From the NCBI GenBank assembly GCA_963803805.1, contig CAWDOD010000005.1, forward strand, positions 82,667-146,666: a stretch of 64,000 nt of DNA, read 5' to 3'. Positions 51,700 through 62,207 of the stretch are shown piece after piece (within the stretch, counting starts at the first letter, position 1; each line of letters begins with the position of its first letter). A model generated the notes under the pieces. It made no database searches, was not told the DNA's origin, and was given only the letters and a program-made list of their open reading frames with translations. The position numbers and the translations under genes are program-made. The DNA is from an uncultured cyanobacterium (GTDB taxonomy: Bacteria > Cyanobacteriota > Cyanobacteriia > Cyanobacteriales > CAWCAG01).

Positions 51700-51736
51700 A
51701 TCACATTAAACCCTGCGACAAACCCTAAATAATTTA

Positions 51737-53230
51737 CTAAATCCCCAACCAGCTAGCAACAGCCCCCGGTAAAGGTAAAAGAATTGTACATAAAATCCCT
51801 AAAGAAAATAGCCCTAGAAAATCTCGGCGATTATCTAAATCTGTGACATCATTAAGGGCTGGTTCATCGGTGAGGGGCATAAATAACAAAACAATAGCCA
51901 CAATTAATAAATCTCGCTTCGCATCAGTCCAGGCTAAAACTAATAATAGCAACCTAGTCACTTGACCAATAAACGCAGCAGTACGCTGACCAAACATAGC
52001 ATGAACCATTTGCCCCCCATCTAGTTGACCAATGGGGAGTAAATTTATGGCTGTGACTACTAACCCTAAACAACCTGCTATAGCTAAAGGATGGAGGTGA
52101 ATAGCCATCTCTGCACCCAACTCACTGCCGAGGCAAAGTTTGCTCAAAACAGCTAGTAAGAAAGATTTGCGAGGATTGAGGGATTCATAATTTAAGATTC
52201 CTGACTCTTCGGTTAAAGGAACAACTTCAGAAATAGATAGTCCCCAAATTAAGATTGGTAAAGTAACCATTAAACCCACCAAGGGGCCGATAATCGCTAT
52301 ATCAAATAGGGCTTTACGATGGGGAATAGGGGAACGTCTTTGGGTAAAAGCACCAAAAGTACCCAAAAAGACGGGCATGGGGATAAAGTAAGGTAAGGTG
52401 GTGCGAATTTTGTAGCGTAGGGCCGTAAGATAGTGAGCTATTTCGTGGATGCTGAGGATAAATATCAAGGCCAAGCTGTAGGTAAATCCTAGCCATAAAA
52501 CCGAAGGATCTATAGCGACATCTTCTATGGTTTTGTCTACTAAACTGATACCAACTGTAGTGGTGGTAAAAAGAGTCACAATTAGTAGCCCCACAGCTAA
52601 ACCAGGTCGTCTCAGAGGTTCTTGAGACAGTTTGCTAGGAGTTGATTTAGACCAAGGGTTAGGAACTAAGGCAAAGAAGGGTTGATTTTTTAAACCTTCT
52701 TGGAAAATCAGTAAGAAGCGATCGCCAAATTTTTCTTCAACGTTTTCTTTAACGGTTTTATAAGCAACATCAGGGTTAGAACGCAATTTACCTAAACAAA
52801 GAATTGCTTGGGGACGATAGTCTAAATTTTGTAGGTAGTAAATACTCCAAGGGAAGCAATTGCGTAACTGCTTTTCTTCATTTTGGGTAATGGGGCGTAC
52901 CTTAGTTGGTAAATCCTCTGGAGAATTTTCTTCAGGTGCTTTTTCTGGTTGGGATTCTGAATTACTTTCTTTCTCGGCTTTTTCTAGTTTTGGCCTCCCC
53001 CACTGAATTAAGAGCCAATATAAGATAGGACAAACCACAAAAGGTATTATCATCAAAGGCGTAGGTATTGCTTCGCTATCCACTAAGACTGTCCAAACAG
53101 TCCAAATCAAGGCTGGTGTCATCATCACTAACCACAAAAGCCACACGGGGGTTTTAGTGATACTAGCAACACTGCGTTGGACGATTAAGTAAGTAATTAA
53201 GCCTAGCAAGCCTAGGAGCAACAGTTCCAT
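51737..53230 (-). CDS. site-2 protease (M50) family protein
   Basis: HEIAH, GTFGA, DIAIIGP, NLLPIGQLDGG; multiple TM segments. Confidence 0.92.
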   Translation of the reverse strand: MELLLLGLLGLITYLIVQRSVASITKTPVWLLWLVMMTPALIWTVWTVLVDSEAIPTPLMIIPFVVCPILYWLLIQWGRPKLEKAEKESNSESQPEKAPEENSPEDLPTKVRPITQNEEKQLRNCFPWSIYYLQNLDYRPQAILCLGKLRSNPDVAYKTVKENVEEKFGDRFLLIFQEGLKNQPFFALVPNPWSKSTPSKLSQEPLRRPGLAVGLLIVTLFTTTTVGISLVDKTIEDVAIDPSVLWLGFTYSLALIFILSIHEIAHYLTALRYKIRTTLPYFIPMPVFLGTFGAFTQRRSPIPHRKALFDIAIIGPLVGLMVTLPILIWGLSISEVVPLTEESGILNYESLNPRKSFLLAVLSKLCLGSELGAEMAIHLHPLAIAGCLGLVVTAINLLPIGQLDGGQMVHAMFGQRTAAFIGQVTRLLLLVLAWTDAKRDLLIVAIVLLFMPLTDEPALNDVTDLDNRRDFLGLFSLGILCTILLPLPGAVASWLGI

Positions 53231-53387
53231 ATCAAAAAGCAGTTATTGGTCATCGGTCTTGTGTAACTAATTTTGTGGTCAAAAGCTAAAATATTGACCG
53301 AATCCTTTTATTGTAAAAAGTAACAAACCAGTCTAGTCCGTTAACATAGTTTGTCGGAGATAATCGATTTTGAACACAGTATAAAAA

Positions 53388-54089
53388 ATGCCCACATCTT
53401 CTGCCGAAGAACCTACATCTCAACCTCCTCAAACTACTCAGCCTCGAACTATAACAGCGAAAGCACCTCGTCTTATTAAACCAGGAATTTTTGCTTTTCC
53501 TCCCAATCGGGATACCCTAGGAGCAACATCTTATTTCATTGTAGAAAAATCAGGTAACACCCTGCTCGATTGCCCTGCTTGGAATCCCCTAAACCAAGAG
53601 TTTATTCAAAATAAAGGAGGGGTTCGCTGGCTGTTTGTCACTCATCGCAATGGTATGGCTAAAGTGCCAGAGATTCAAGCATCTTGGAACTGCGAAGTTA
53701 TTATTCAAGAACAAGAAGCCTATTTGTTGCCAGAGGTGGAAGTAACTTCATTTCCAGATGAACATACTTTTGCTTCTCATTTCCTTGCTCTATGGACTCC
53801 GGGTTATACTCCCGGCTCTTCCTGTTTGTACTATAACGCTCTAGGAGGGGTTCTGTTCTCTGGTCGTCACCTTTTACCTAATATTCAAGGTCAACTTCTA
53901 CCTCTACGTACCTCAAAAACTTTTCATTGGCCTAGACAGCTACGCAGTGTCAAAAAGTTGCGTAATCGCTTTTCAACCCAAACTTTAGCTTACATCTGTC
54001 CTGGTGCTAATACAGGTTTTTTGAGAGGTAAAAGTTGCATTGAGGATGCCTACGAATATCTAGCCAAGTTGGATTTAGAGGCTATTTAG
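53388..54089 (+). CDS. MBL-fold protein
   Basis: FPPNRDTLG, LFVTHR, WTPGYTPGSSC; metal ligands appear degenerate. Confidence 0.8.
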   Translation: MPTSSAEEPTSQPPQTTQPRTITAKAPRLIKPGIFAFPPNRDTLGATSYFIVEKSGNTLLDCPAWNPLNQEFIQNKGGVRWLFVTHRNGMAKVPEIQASWNCEVIIQEQEAYLLPEVEVTSFPDEHTFASHFLALWTPGYTPGSSCLYYNALGGVLFSGRHLLPNIQGQLLPLRTSKTFHWPRQLRSVKKLRNRFSTQTLAYICPGANTGFLRGKSCIEDAYEYLAKLDLEAI

Positions 54090-54255
54090 GGCTTATTTTA
54101 TCATTTTTCTCTTTAATTTTCTTTTTCTTCATGTTTATTGCCATAGAGATCTTGTCAAAACAGTCTCAACATAAAAATTAGTCATTATTTATCTCATAAT
54201 CTTTGCTAATATTTAATTTAATGTAAAGAAACATTAAGTTGAAGAAGAGACAATT

Positions 54256-54672
54256 ATGACTGGATTTATCAGAGGTTTGTTTAAGAAACAGCAGCCCTTA
54301 CCAGGGGAAGAAGCCGAAACTAAACAAACAACTCCTAAGGCAAAAAAGGCTAAGAAGCAAAAACGGAATTCTGAAGCCTATTTTCTTAGTAATGATGATG
54401 CAAAGACTTTCGGCAATATTGACTATATGCGTACTGCTTCTAGTATCAGGAGAACCTTCCCCAAAACTTTGGGCAGTGAAAAAGGGGCAGAGTTTATACA
54501 GCAAGTCTCTTCTTTAGAAAAAACCACAGGCAATAATTCTAATAATTCTCAATCCAAAACCACACCGGAGACACAGAAATTCATTGCTAAAGACGACTCT
54601 AGCTCAAAGCGTCGTCGTACTGATACTAGTATGGATATGTTCCGTAATATGGCTCGCGATATGAAGAAGTAG
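54256..54672 (+). CDS. hypothetical protein (cyanobacterial type)
   Basis: AYFL..DDAKTFGNIDYMR and RR.DTSMDMFRNMAR; followed by a terminator-like hairpin. Confidence 0.75.
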   Translation: MTGFIRGLFKKQQPLPGEEAETKQTTPKAKKAKKQKRNSEAYFLSNDDAKTFGNIDYMRTASSIRRTFPKTLGSEKGAEFIQQVSSLEKTTGNNSNNSQSKTTPETQKFIAKDDSSSKRRRTDTSMDMFRNMARDMKK

Positions 54673-54708
54673 GTTTTGGTCTAGTTCCAAATTCGGAAAA
54701 AGATTTTT

Positions 54709-54738
54709 AAGGATGTAGTTTATGCTGCATCTTTTTTT
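54709..54738 (+). terminator. intrinsic terminator
   Basis: AAGGATGTAGT-TTAT-GCTGCATCTT stem with G-U pairs, followed by a T run. Confidence 0.6.
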
Positions 54739-54874
54739 ATTCTCTCGCTAATAGATATAACTATTCGGAAAATCCATCCACCAAAAGTAATAATTTGTAA
54801 TATAATAAAAACGAAGTTAAGCAATAGATTAGTCAAAAAACTGTCCAATATGTAACAAAATAGGGGTAAAGCCG

Positions 54875-55126
54875 ATGTCAGAAGTCATAAAACAGAGCAA
54901 CTTAGCAGTAGTTGATTTGGCAGAAGGTGTATATGTGAAAACCCCTATACCAAGTAGCAGTCATGCTGCCTTAAGATCGGGATTTGCTCGTTATCCAGCT
55001 AATCCCCGTTGGAATGTCTCAAAAATTCATGCTTGGAATGTGGGTCGTCGCTGGCGTAATGATTTAAATCAAGGTAAAATGACAGTCCGTTCTGCTGATT
55101 CTATGTTAGTTGCAGCCACAGAGTGA
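54875..55126 (+). CDS. small hypothetical protein
   Basis: 83-aa ORF with a purine-rich upstream stretch; YPANPRW motif. Confidence 0.65.
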   Translation: MSEVIKQSNLAVVDLAEGVYVKTPIPSSSHAALRSGFARYPANPRWNVSKIHAWNVGRRWRNDLNQGKMTVRSADSMLVAATE

Positions 55127-55323
55127 TGGCTAATAGCTAGTTGCTAATGGCTAGTTGTGAAAGAGAATGGGGAACAAGATCTTATACTTGTCACTCCCCA
55201 TCTCCTAGTCTCCTCGTTAATCCCATAAATTAAATGCCTGACAGTTTATCGTTACTGATTGCAGTTTAATTAAGCCTCAACTTTTGGGTTATACTTTCGC
55301 TACAAGAACCCATTTTTTATAAG

Positions 55324-56700
55324 ATGAATGCCTTTAATTATCTTCAGAAATTAGCCTTTAGTTTAATTGCTTTATTCTACATCGTTGCACCTCTACAAGC
55401 AGCCAATAACCAGCACGTAGAACAATTACTAGAACAAGGGGAATGTGTTGAGTGTGACTTAGATGCAGCACGTTTAGGAGGGGCGAATATTCGGGCAGCT
55501 AACTTAGAAGGGGCTAATCTTCATAATGCTGATTTGAAAGCAGCTAAATTAGATGGGGCAAACTTGAAATTTGCGGATCTTAGTAATGCAGATATCCGTC
55601 AAGCTAAAGTAGCTGGGGCAAATTTACAACAAGCTAATCTAAGAACAGCTAAATTGGCAATGGCTAATCTTTTTCGTGCTAATTTAGAAGGTGCTAATTT
55701 GCAAGATGCCAACTTAGAAGAAGCTAACCTCCAAGATGCTAGTTTGGTTTCAGCAGATCTAACGAGGGCAGTGTTAAAAGATGCTGATTTAGAAGGTGCT
55801 GATTTACAAGCTGCAACCTTAGAGAATACTGATTTGCAAGGGGCTAAATTCAAAGGAGCAAATTTACAAAGGGCAAATCTACAAAATGCTGACTTAGAAG
55901 GGGCAAGTTTATTCGCTGCGGACTTACGAAATGCTGACTTAGAAGGTGCTAATTTAGCCCGTGCCGACTTGAGAAAAGCACTGCTAAATGAGGAAACCGT
56001 TATTGCTGATCAGTGGCGATTTATTTGGCAGTTAGCTAATAATCAATTGGGAGATGCGGATTTAATAGGTGCTGATTTGCAAGGGGCAAATTTTGAAGGT
56101 TTAAATTTAGCTGGAGTTAATTTACAAGGAGCAAATTTAACCGAGGCTTACTTCTTTTTAACCAACTTGCGTGGAGTTAATCTAGAAGAGGCCAATTTAA
56201 CTAATGCTCAGTTAGCTTTTTGTGATTTAAGTAATACTAATTTGAGTAATGCTAATTTAACTAATGCTGATTTAAGCAATGCTAATTTAACCGGGGCTAA
56301 TCTTAATAATACTGATCTTAGGGAAGCTAAATTTAATCAAGAAACTAAGCTTGAGGAAAAATGGCGTTTAGCTTGGTTAATTGTGACTAAAGGTGTGCCA
56401 GGACAAGATTTGGGTGCAGTTAATTTGGATGATACGAATTTAAGTAATGGTAATTTACAAGAAACAAGATTAAGTGGTGCAAGTATCGAAAGAGCGAATT
56501 TAAGTGGTGCAAACTTATTTAGGGCTAATCTCTTTAATGCTGATTTAGAAGAAACTAATTTGGCAGGAGCTAATTTAGAAAATGCTAATTTAGGAGGTGC
56601 GAATCTTTGGAAAGCTAATTTAGAAGGTGCTAATTTAAAAAGTGCTTATTTGTGTAATGCTATTATGCCAGATGGTCAACAAAAGAGATGTGCAGAATAG
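55324..56700 (+). CDS. exported pentapeptide repeat protein
   Basis: Signal peptide, C..CDL N-cap, ANLxx arrays, AIMPDG C-cap. Confidence 0.92.
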   Translation: MNAFNYLQKLAFSLIALFYIVAPLQAANNQHVEQLLEQGECVECDLDAARLGGANIRAANLEGANLHNADLKAAKLDGANLKFADLSNADIRQAKVAGANLQQANLRTAKLAMANLFRANLEGANLQDANLEEANLQDASLVSADLTRAVLKDADLEGADLQAATLENTDLQGAKFKGANLQRANLQNADLEGASLFAADLRNADLEGANLARADLRKALLNEETVIADQWRFIWQLANNQLGDADLIGADLQGANFEGLNLAGVNLQGANLTEAYFFLTNLRGVNLEEANLTNAQLAFCDLSNTNLSNANLTNADLSNANLTGANLNNTDLREAKFNQETKLEEKWRLAWLIVTKGVPGQDLGAVNLDDTNLSNGNLQETRLSGASIERANLSGANLFRANLFNADLEETNLAGANLENANLGGANLWKANLEGANLKSAYLCNAIMPDGQQKRCAE

Positions 56701-56754
56701 GGGGTAGCTAATGGCTAGTAGCTAATGGCTAGTTGTTAATTGTTAAAAGGATAG

Positions 56755-58428
56755 ATGATGAAACTTTTAAATTATTTTGCTAAACCTTTTTTATTTACTT
56801 ATTGCTTATTATTTATTACTTATTACTTTCCTCAAGCTTCTTTGGCTCAGGAAGAAAATTTACAATTAGAAGATTTTGATTATTGGGCGAATTTGTGTAG
56901 CTCTTTATCTGAAGTAGAAGAATATCAAGAAGCGATCAAAGCTTGCAATACAGCTATTAAAATCAACGCCAAAGAGCCGATTGTTTGGACAGATCGAGGA
57001 GATATATATTTCACTTTAAAAAACTATCCTGAAACCGTAGCTTCCTACAGCCAAGTGTTGAAACTTGAACCCAATAATTCATTAATTTGGGCCAGGCAAT
57101 GTTTAGCTTTATCAGAATTAGGCAGACAAGAAGAAGCTATTGATGCTTGTGAAACAGCTTTGAAAAAAGACCAAAACTGGGGAGACGAATCTCCGGCGAT
57201 CGCCCTCACATATTTAGGTATAGCTAGGAGGAGAACAGGAGAAAGAGAAGATGCCCTTTTTTCCTATGACCAAGCTACAACTATTAACGAAAATTATGCC
57301 TTAGCTTGGGCTAATCGCTGCGAAGTTCTTGCTGAACTGGGGGATAATTATCGCGCCTTAGAAGCTTGCGATCGCGCCTTAACCATTGAACCTAACCCCG
57401 ACTTACAAAGTCAAGCTGTTGCCTGGGCTAACAAGGGTAGAGTCCTCGCCAAACTCAAACGCCGGGATGAGGCACTTTTTGCCTATGATCAAGCCCTTGC
57501 CATTGATTCAGAAAATGCCCGTAATTGGACAGAACATGGGGAGATCCTCTTCTCCCTCGGCCGTTATGAAGAAGCCCAAGCTTCCCAAGACTGGGCATTA
57601 GGGATTAATGAAAAATATTCCCTTGCCCTAGCTAATAAATGCGCTGTTCTCAATCGTTTGCAAATGTATGAAGAAGCCCTGGAATCCTGCGATCTTGCCC
57701 TTCAAGAAGGAGATGGGCAATGGAATGAGTTTGGACCCGCTTTAGGCTGGAATCAACGGGCTTATGCTTTAATTGGTAGTGGTTCTTTCCAAGAAGCCCT
57801 CACTTCTAGCAACCGTGCTGTTGCCCTTGATGACAACTATGCAGAAGCTTGGAGTAACCGCGCTGCGGCACTTTGGCGTTTGGGGCAATTCGATCAGGCA
57901 CTCATTGCAGCACAAAAGGCTACCCAAAGCGATGGCAACGACCCCACAGGCTGGTATAACTTAGGGAGGATTTATACAACGTTGGGGGAGTATGAGGCAG
58001 CATTTGCCTCTTATAATCAAGGTTTGCAGGGGGAAGAAAATCTCGACAACCGACCGATTATTGCTAACATTTGGGTAAACAAAAGCAGTCTCCTCTGGCG
58101 TTTAGAACGCTACGGAGAGGCAATTCAAGCGGCTGATAATGCCCTTACTCTCGATCCGCAACTAGCAGAAGCTTGGTACAACAAAGCCATTTCTCTGATG
58201 GCGATTGGGCAATATTCCGGTGCAGTAGGGAGTTATGATCGTGCGATCGCCCTCGACCAAGAAAATGCCGATTTCTGGGCTGGTAAAGGTATCGCCCTCC
58301 GGTACTTAAGTCAGTATCCTGCTGCCTTACAAGCCTTGAATAAAGCTTTAGAGTTAAATGAGGCGCATCCTCTGGCTTTAATTAACAGGGACATTGTTTT
58401 GAGTAAGTTGCCCCAAGAGAGTCAGTAA
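56755..58428 (+). CDS. exported TPR repeat protein
   Basis: Signal ending ASLA-QE; repeated AWxNRG/AYDQAL TPR units. Confidence 0.92.
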   Translation: MMKLLNYFAKPFLFTYCLLFITYYFPQASLAQEENLQLEDFDYWANLCSSLSEVEEYQEAIKACNTAIKINAKEPIVWTDRGDIYFTLKNYPETVASYSQVLKLEPNNSLIWARQCLALSELGRQEEAIDACETALKKDQNWGDESPAIALTYLGIARRRTGEREDALFSYDQATTINENYALAWANRCEVLAELGDNYRALEACDRALTIEPNPDLQSQAVAWANKGRVLAKLKRRDEALFAYDQALAIDSENARNWTEHGEILFSLGRYEEAQASQDWALGINEKYSLALANKCAVLNRLQMYEEALESCDLALQEGDGQWNEFGPALGWNQRAYALIGSGSFQEALTSSNRAVALDDNYAEAWSNRAAALWRLGQFDQALIAAQKATQSDGNDPTGWYNLGRIYTTLGEYEAAFASYNQGLQGEENLDNRPIIANIWVNKSSLLWRLERYGEAIQAADNALTLDPQLAEAWYNKAISLMAIGQYSGAVGSYDRAIALDQENADFWAGKGIALRYLSQYPAALQALNKALELNEAHPLALINRDIVLSKLPQESQ

Positions 58429-58579
58429 AATAAAATCAGTTTGTCCAAACGATCTCAGATATTATAACCCCTGACTATTGACAACTAATAACTGAATAAC
58501 TGAATCATTGAAATAAAGTTGCCAACCACCAATAAATCAATAGAATAAAGAAGACAACGGCAACTAGTGCAAGAGTTAA

Positions 58580-60151
58580 ATGAGCAAGAAACTGGCGTGG
58601 TTAATTTGTGGTTTCGGGATTTCAGGTTTGATTAGCCCAGCCTTCGCATTAGACACTTCCGTAGGGGCAAACGGAATTGATGCCCGTAGATTACACGAAG
58701 AACCTTATAATTTAACCGGACGCAAAATTAGTATTGGTCAGGTAGAAATTGGTAGACCAGGAAAATTTGGTTTAGATAAGAATTTAGCTTGGAATTCTGC
58801 TTTGTCCCTAGCAGGGTTGTATCATCGAGATAATCCGGCCAAATCTGATACAAATGTAGATGAACACGCCTCTATGGTAGCTATGGTGATGGTTGGGGGG
58901 GATAAGAAATTGCGAGGAGTTGCCCCTGATGCCAGACTTTATGCCTCCGCAGTCGGTCCCCTAAACAACAATGGACAGCCTGAAGAATGTCTTTCTAGTC
59001 AACACGTTGCCATGCAAAATGGGGGAGATGTGCGGGCAATTAATTATAGTTTTGGGGAATCTTTGGGGCGAGATGCTAGGGAAGAAGCTAGTTTAGATGG
59101 CCAAGCTTTGTTAACTCTGTGTGTAGATTGGTCATCTAGAGTTCACGATACTTTATATGTAATCGCGGGGAATCAAGGTAGTGGCGGTATTCCCATTCCC
59201 ACAGACCAATATAACGGCATTACCACAGCCTATACAACCCAGCGCGACGGCCAGTATAATAAAGTAGACTTTGCTAACCTCAGTGCTTTACCTGAAGGTA
59301 TTGGCCGCCGCTTAATTGCTAGGGAAATTAATCTGGGAGAACGTCGGGCCATTAACTTAGTTGCCCCTGGTAGCGGTATTTCTGTTTTCGACCTCGAAGG
59401 TAAAGTAGTCCCGGTTACAGGAACTAGTTTCGCTGCGCCTCATATTACTGCAACCATAGCTTTGTTGCAACAATTCGGCGATCGCACTATTTTTTCTCGT
59501 CAGCCTAACTGGAGTTTAGATTCCCGCCGCCATGAAGTTATGAAAGCAGTTTTGCTTAACTCGGCTGACAAAGTTCAAGATATTTTAGGGATGACTCGTA
59601 CTATCAAAAGTAAAGATAATCGTACTTGGTTAGAGGGAGATGCTTATCAAAATGAACGAATCCCCCTTGATATACAAATGGGTACAGGTCAAATTAACGC
59701 TTTCCGTGCCTATCAACAATATAGTTCAGGGCAGTGGCATCCAGATAGTCTGGTTCCTAGTCGGGGTTGGAATTATAATCAAATTGAGGCAGAATCTTAT
59801 CAGGATTATGTATTAGAAGAACCTCTAGAAAAAGGTGATTTTGCTGCTATTACCTTAGCTTGGGATCGGTTTGTAGAACTTCAAGATAAAAATGAGAATG
59901 GACTCTACGATCTAGGGGAAAATTTCCGCGATTACGGTTTAAATAATCTCGATATTTATCTATTACCTGTTGATAGTGAAGATAATAATAGCAGTGTTTG
60001 TGCTTCTCGGAGCGGGGTAGACAGTGTAGAACATATTTTTTGTCAAGTTCCTTCTACCGGTCGTTACAAAATTCGTGTTCAATACAACCAGCAAATTAAT
60101 GAAGCAACTCAACCTTATGCTTTAGCTTGGTGGACTTTGGATAAGTCATAA
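58580..60151 (+). CDS. S8 subtilisin-like serine peptidase
   Basis: Signal peptide; HASMVA, GVAPDA, AGN, GTSFAAPH. Confidence 0.9.
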   Translation: MSKKLAWLICGFGISGLISPAFALDTSVGANGIDARRLHEEPYNLTGRKISIGQVEIGRPGKFGLDKNLAWNSALSLAGLYHRDNPAKSDTNVDEHASMVAMVMVGGDKKLRGVAPDARLYASAVGPLNNNGQPEECLSSQHVAMQNGGDVRAINYSFGESLGRDAREEASLDGQALLTLCVDWSSRVHDTLYVIAGNQGSGGIPIPTDQYNGITTAYTTQRDGQYNKVDFANLSALPEGIGRRLIAREINLGERRAINLVAPGSGISVFDLEGKVVPVTGTSFAAPHITATIALLQQFGDRTIFSRQPNWSLDSRRHEVMKAVLLNSADKVQDILGMTRTIKSKDNRTWLEGDAYQNERIPLDIQMGTGQINAFRAYQQYSSGQWHPDSLVPSRGWNYNQIEAESYQDYVLEEPLEKGDFAAITLAWDRFVELQDKNENGLYDLGENFRDYGLNNLDIYLLPVDSEDNNSSVCASRSGVDSVEHIFCQVPSTGRYKIRVQYNQQINEATQPYALAWWTLDKS

Positions 60152-60264
60152 GTAAGTTGATTAGTCGAATATGCAGGAATAAAAGGTATATTTGAATTAG
60201 CCACTAGCTATTTTAGCTATTAGCAAAAACCAGAGTGTACCTCGTGTCATGAACAATTGCTGAA

Positions 60265-62024
60265 TTACATTCTTTCTAAAACCGTGATTCCTAATAAAGA
60301 CAAACCTAATTTAATAGTTGTTGCTGTTAAATTAGCAATCCTTAAGCGAGAATTCTTAATAGATTCTTCTTCTGCTTTTAGAATGGGACACTGTTCGTAA
60401 AAGCGATTATACTTTTTCGCTAATTCGTATAAATAGTCGCAGAGACGGTTAGGCAGTAATTCTTTTTTCTACCTCTTTAACTACTTCTTCAAAACCTAAA
60501 ATATGCTTAGCCAGAACTAATTCTTCAGCTTCTTGCAAAAAGATAGCGGCATCTTGTAACTGAGTAAAATCAATCTTGCCCTCGCGACCAACGCTTTTTG
60601 TTCTTGCGTAAGCATAGAGCATATAGGGTGCGGTATTACCTTTCAGTTCTAACATTTTATCGTAGCTGAAAATATAGTTGCTGATGCGATTTTGACTTAA
60701 ATCAGCATATTTAACAGCGCTTATACCCACTACTTGAGATACTTGAGAAATAAACTCTTCACTTTCTTTTCTACCCTCTTCCTCTAATCTCTTTTCCAAA
60801 TCTGCGCGAGAACGAGAAATTGCTTCATCAAGTAAGTCTTTCAGGCGAATGGTTTTTCCCGAACGAGTTTTGATCTTTTTGCCATCCGGCCCTGAACACT
60901 AAACCAAAAGGAACATGAACAACTTCCACATTTTCTGGTAATATTCCTGCTTTTCTGGCTACTTGAAAAACTTGAGCAAAATGATTACCTTGTCCTGCAT
61001 CCGTTACATAAATAATTCTCTGCGCCCCATCTTCCTTTACCCGATATTGCAAAGCAGCTAAATCTGTAGTTGCATAGTTATAACCCCCATCAGATTTCTG
61101 CACAATTAAAGGTAAAGGCTCTCCTTCTTTATTCTGAAAACCTTCCAGGAAAACACATTGCGCCCCGGCATTCTTTTCTAATAAACCTTGTTCATCTAAA
61201 TAAGTAACTATATCCGGCAACATGGGATTATAAAAAGACTCTCCCCGTTCGGTTAACTTAATATCCAGGAGATTATAAATAACCTGAAATTCTCGCCGGG
61301 ATTGATTACAAAGTAGTTGCCATGCCTTTAAACTATCCTCTGCCCCCGCTTGTAACTTCACAACTTCTTGACGGGAAGTTTCGCGAAACTCTTCATCTTC
61401 ATCAAAACGTTTTTTAGCTTGGCGATACAGAGAAACTAAATCCCCTATATCTAAAGCATCGGCGGTAGTTAAGGCTTCTGGATAAGCTTCTCGCAAATAA
61501 GCGATCAACATCCCAAACTGAGTACCCCAGTCACCCACATGATTTAACCGCAGGACATCTTGTCCCCGAAATTCTAAAACACGGGCTAAACAATCACCGA
61601 TAATAGTCGAACGAAGATGCCCCACGTGCATTTCTTTGGCAATGTTGGGACTAGAAAAATCTATTACTACCCGTTGCGGATTTTTAACTTTCTCTATTCC
61701 TAAGCGGGAATTCCCTTGAATAGCTTTTAAGCACCCTTCCAAGTAGTCTGGTTTCAATATAAGATTAATGAAGCCGGGACCAGCAATTTGAGGCGTTTCA
61801 CAAAGCTCTTCAACATCCAACTTCGTGATTAATTCTTGGGCAATGGTGCGGGGCTGCTTGCTTAGTTTTTTGGTTAAGGAGAGGGCTACATTAGCTTGAT
61901 AGTCGCCAAATTTAGGATTGCTTGCCGGGACAACAAGGGGATCTGTATCAGCAAATTCAGCACCATATGCTGCTACTAAGGCGTTACTAAAGCTATTTTT
62001 GAGTTGTTCGAGAATTGATTGCAT
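60265..62024 (-). CDS. argS: arginine--tRNA ligase, two frameshifts (~60894 and ~60465)
   Basis: [42 protein letters not shown]; ends GITVLERM*. Confidence 0.93.
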
Positions 62025-62207
62025 AAAAATATATTTTCTTCCCTTAACCAATCCTATTTTAGAGTTGATTAGAGCAACGGTGAAGTTAAGTTCTATCCCA
62101 ACTCAGCAAATATCCTAAAAATGAGTTTATTAACGAAAAGCGACTTATTTCGATAATATAGCAGTAAAATATATTCAGTATTAACAGAATCGATAATAGC
62201 AGCCAGT

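Noticed and set aside
54220..54240. RpaB/HLR1-like direct repeat upstream of the 54256 gene
   Set aside because: Only one good half-site in AT-rich DNA; cannot be distinguished from chance.
6120..59490. HIP1 octamer abundance (e.g. 6120, 13443, 13521, 17239, 33401, 42306) as a novel repeat
   Set aside because: A well-known cyanobacterial genome feature; used here only as a taxonomic clue.
60265..62024. argS pseudogene or programmed frameshifting
   Set aside because: Essential gene with otherwise intact sequence; the pattern of scattered single-base indels fits sequencing error better.
818..62118. Numerous antisense or nested ORFs in the track (e.g. 818-1096, 2499-2984, 4050-4514, 21360-22154, 40549-40893, 50484-50975, 61918-62118)
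   Set aside because: They are shadows of well-supported genes on the other strand or frame and show no recognisable motifs.
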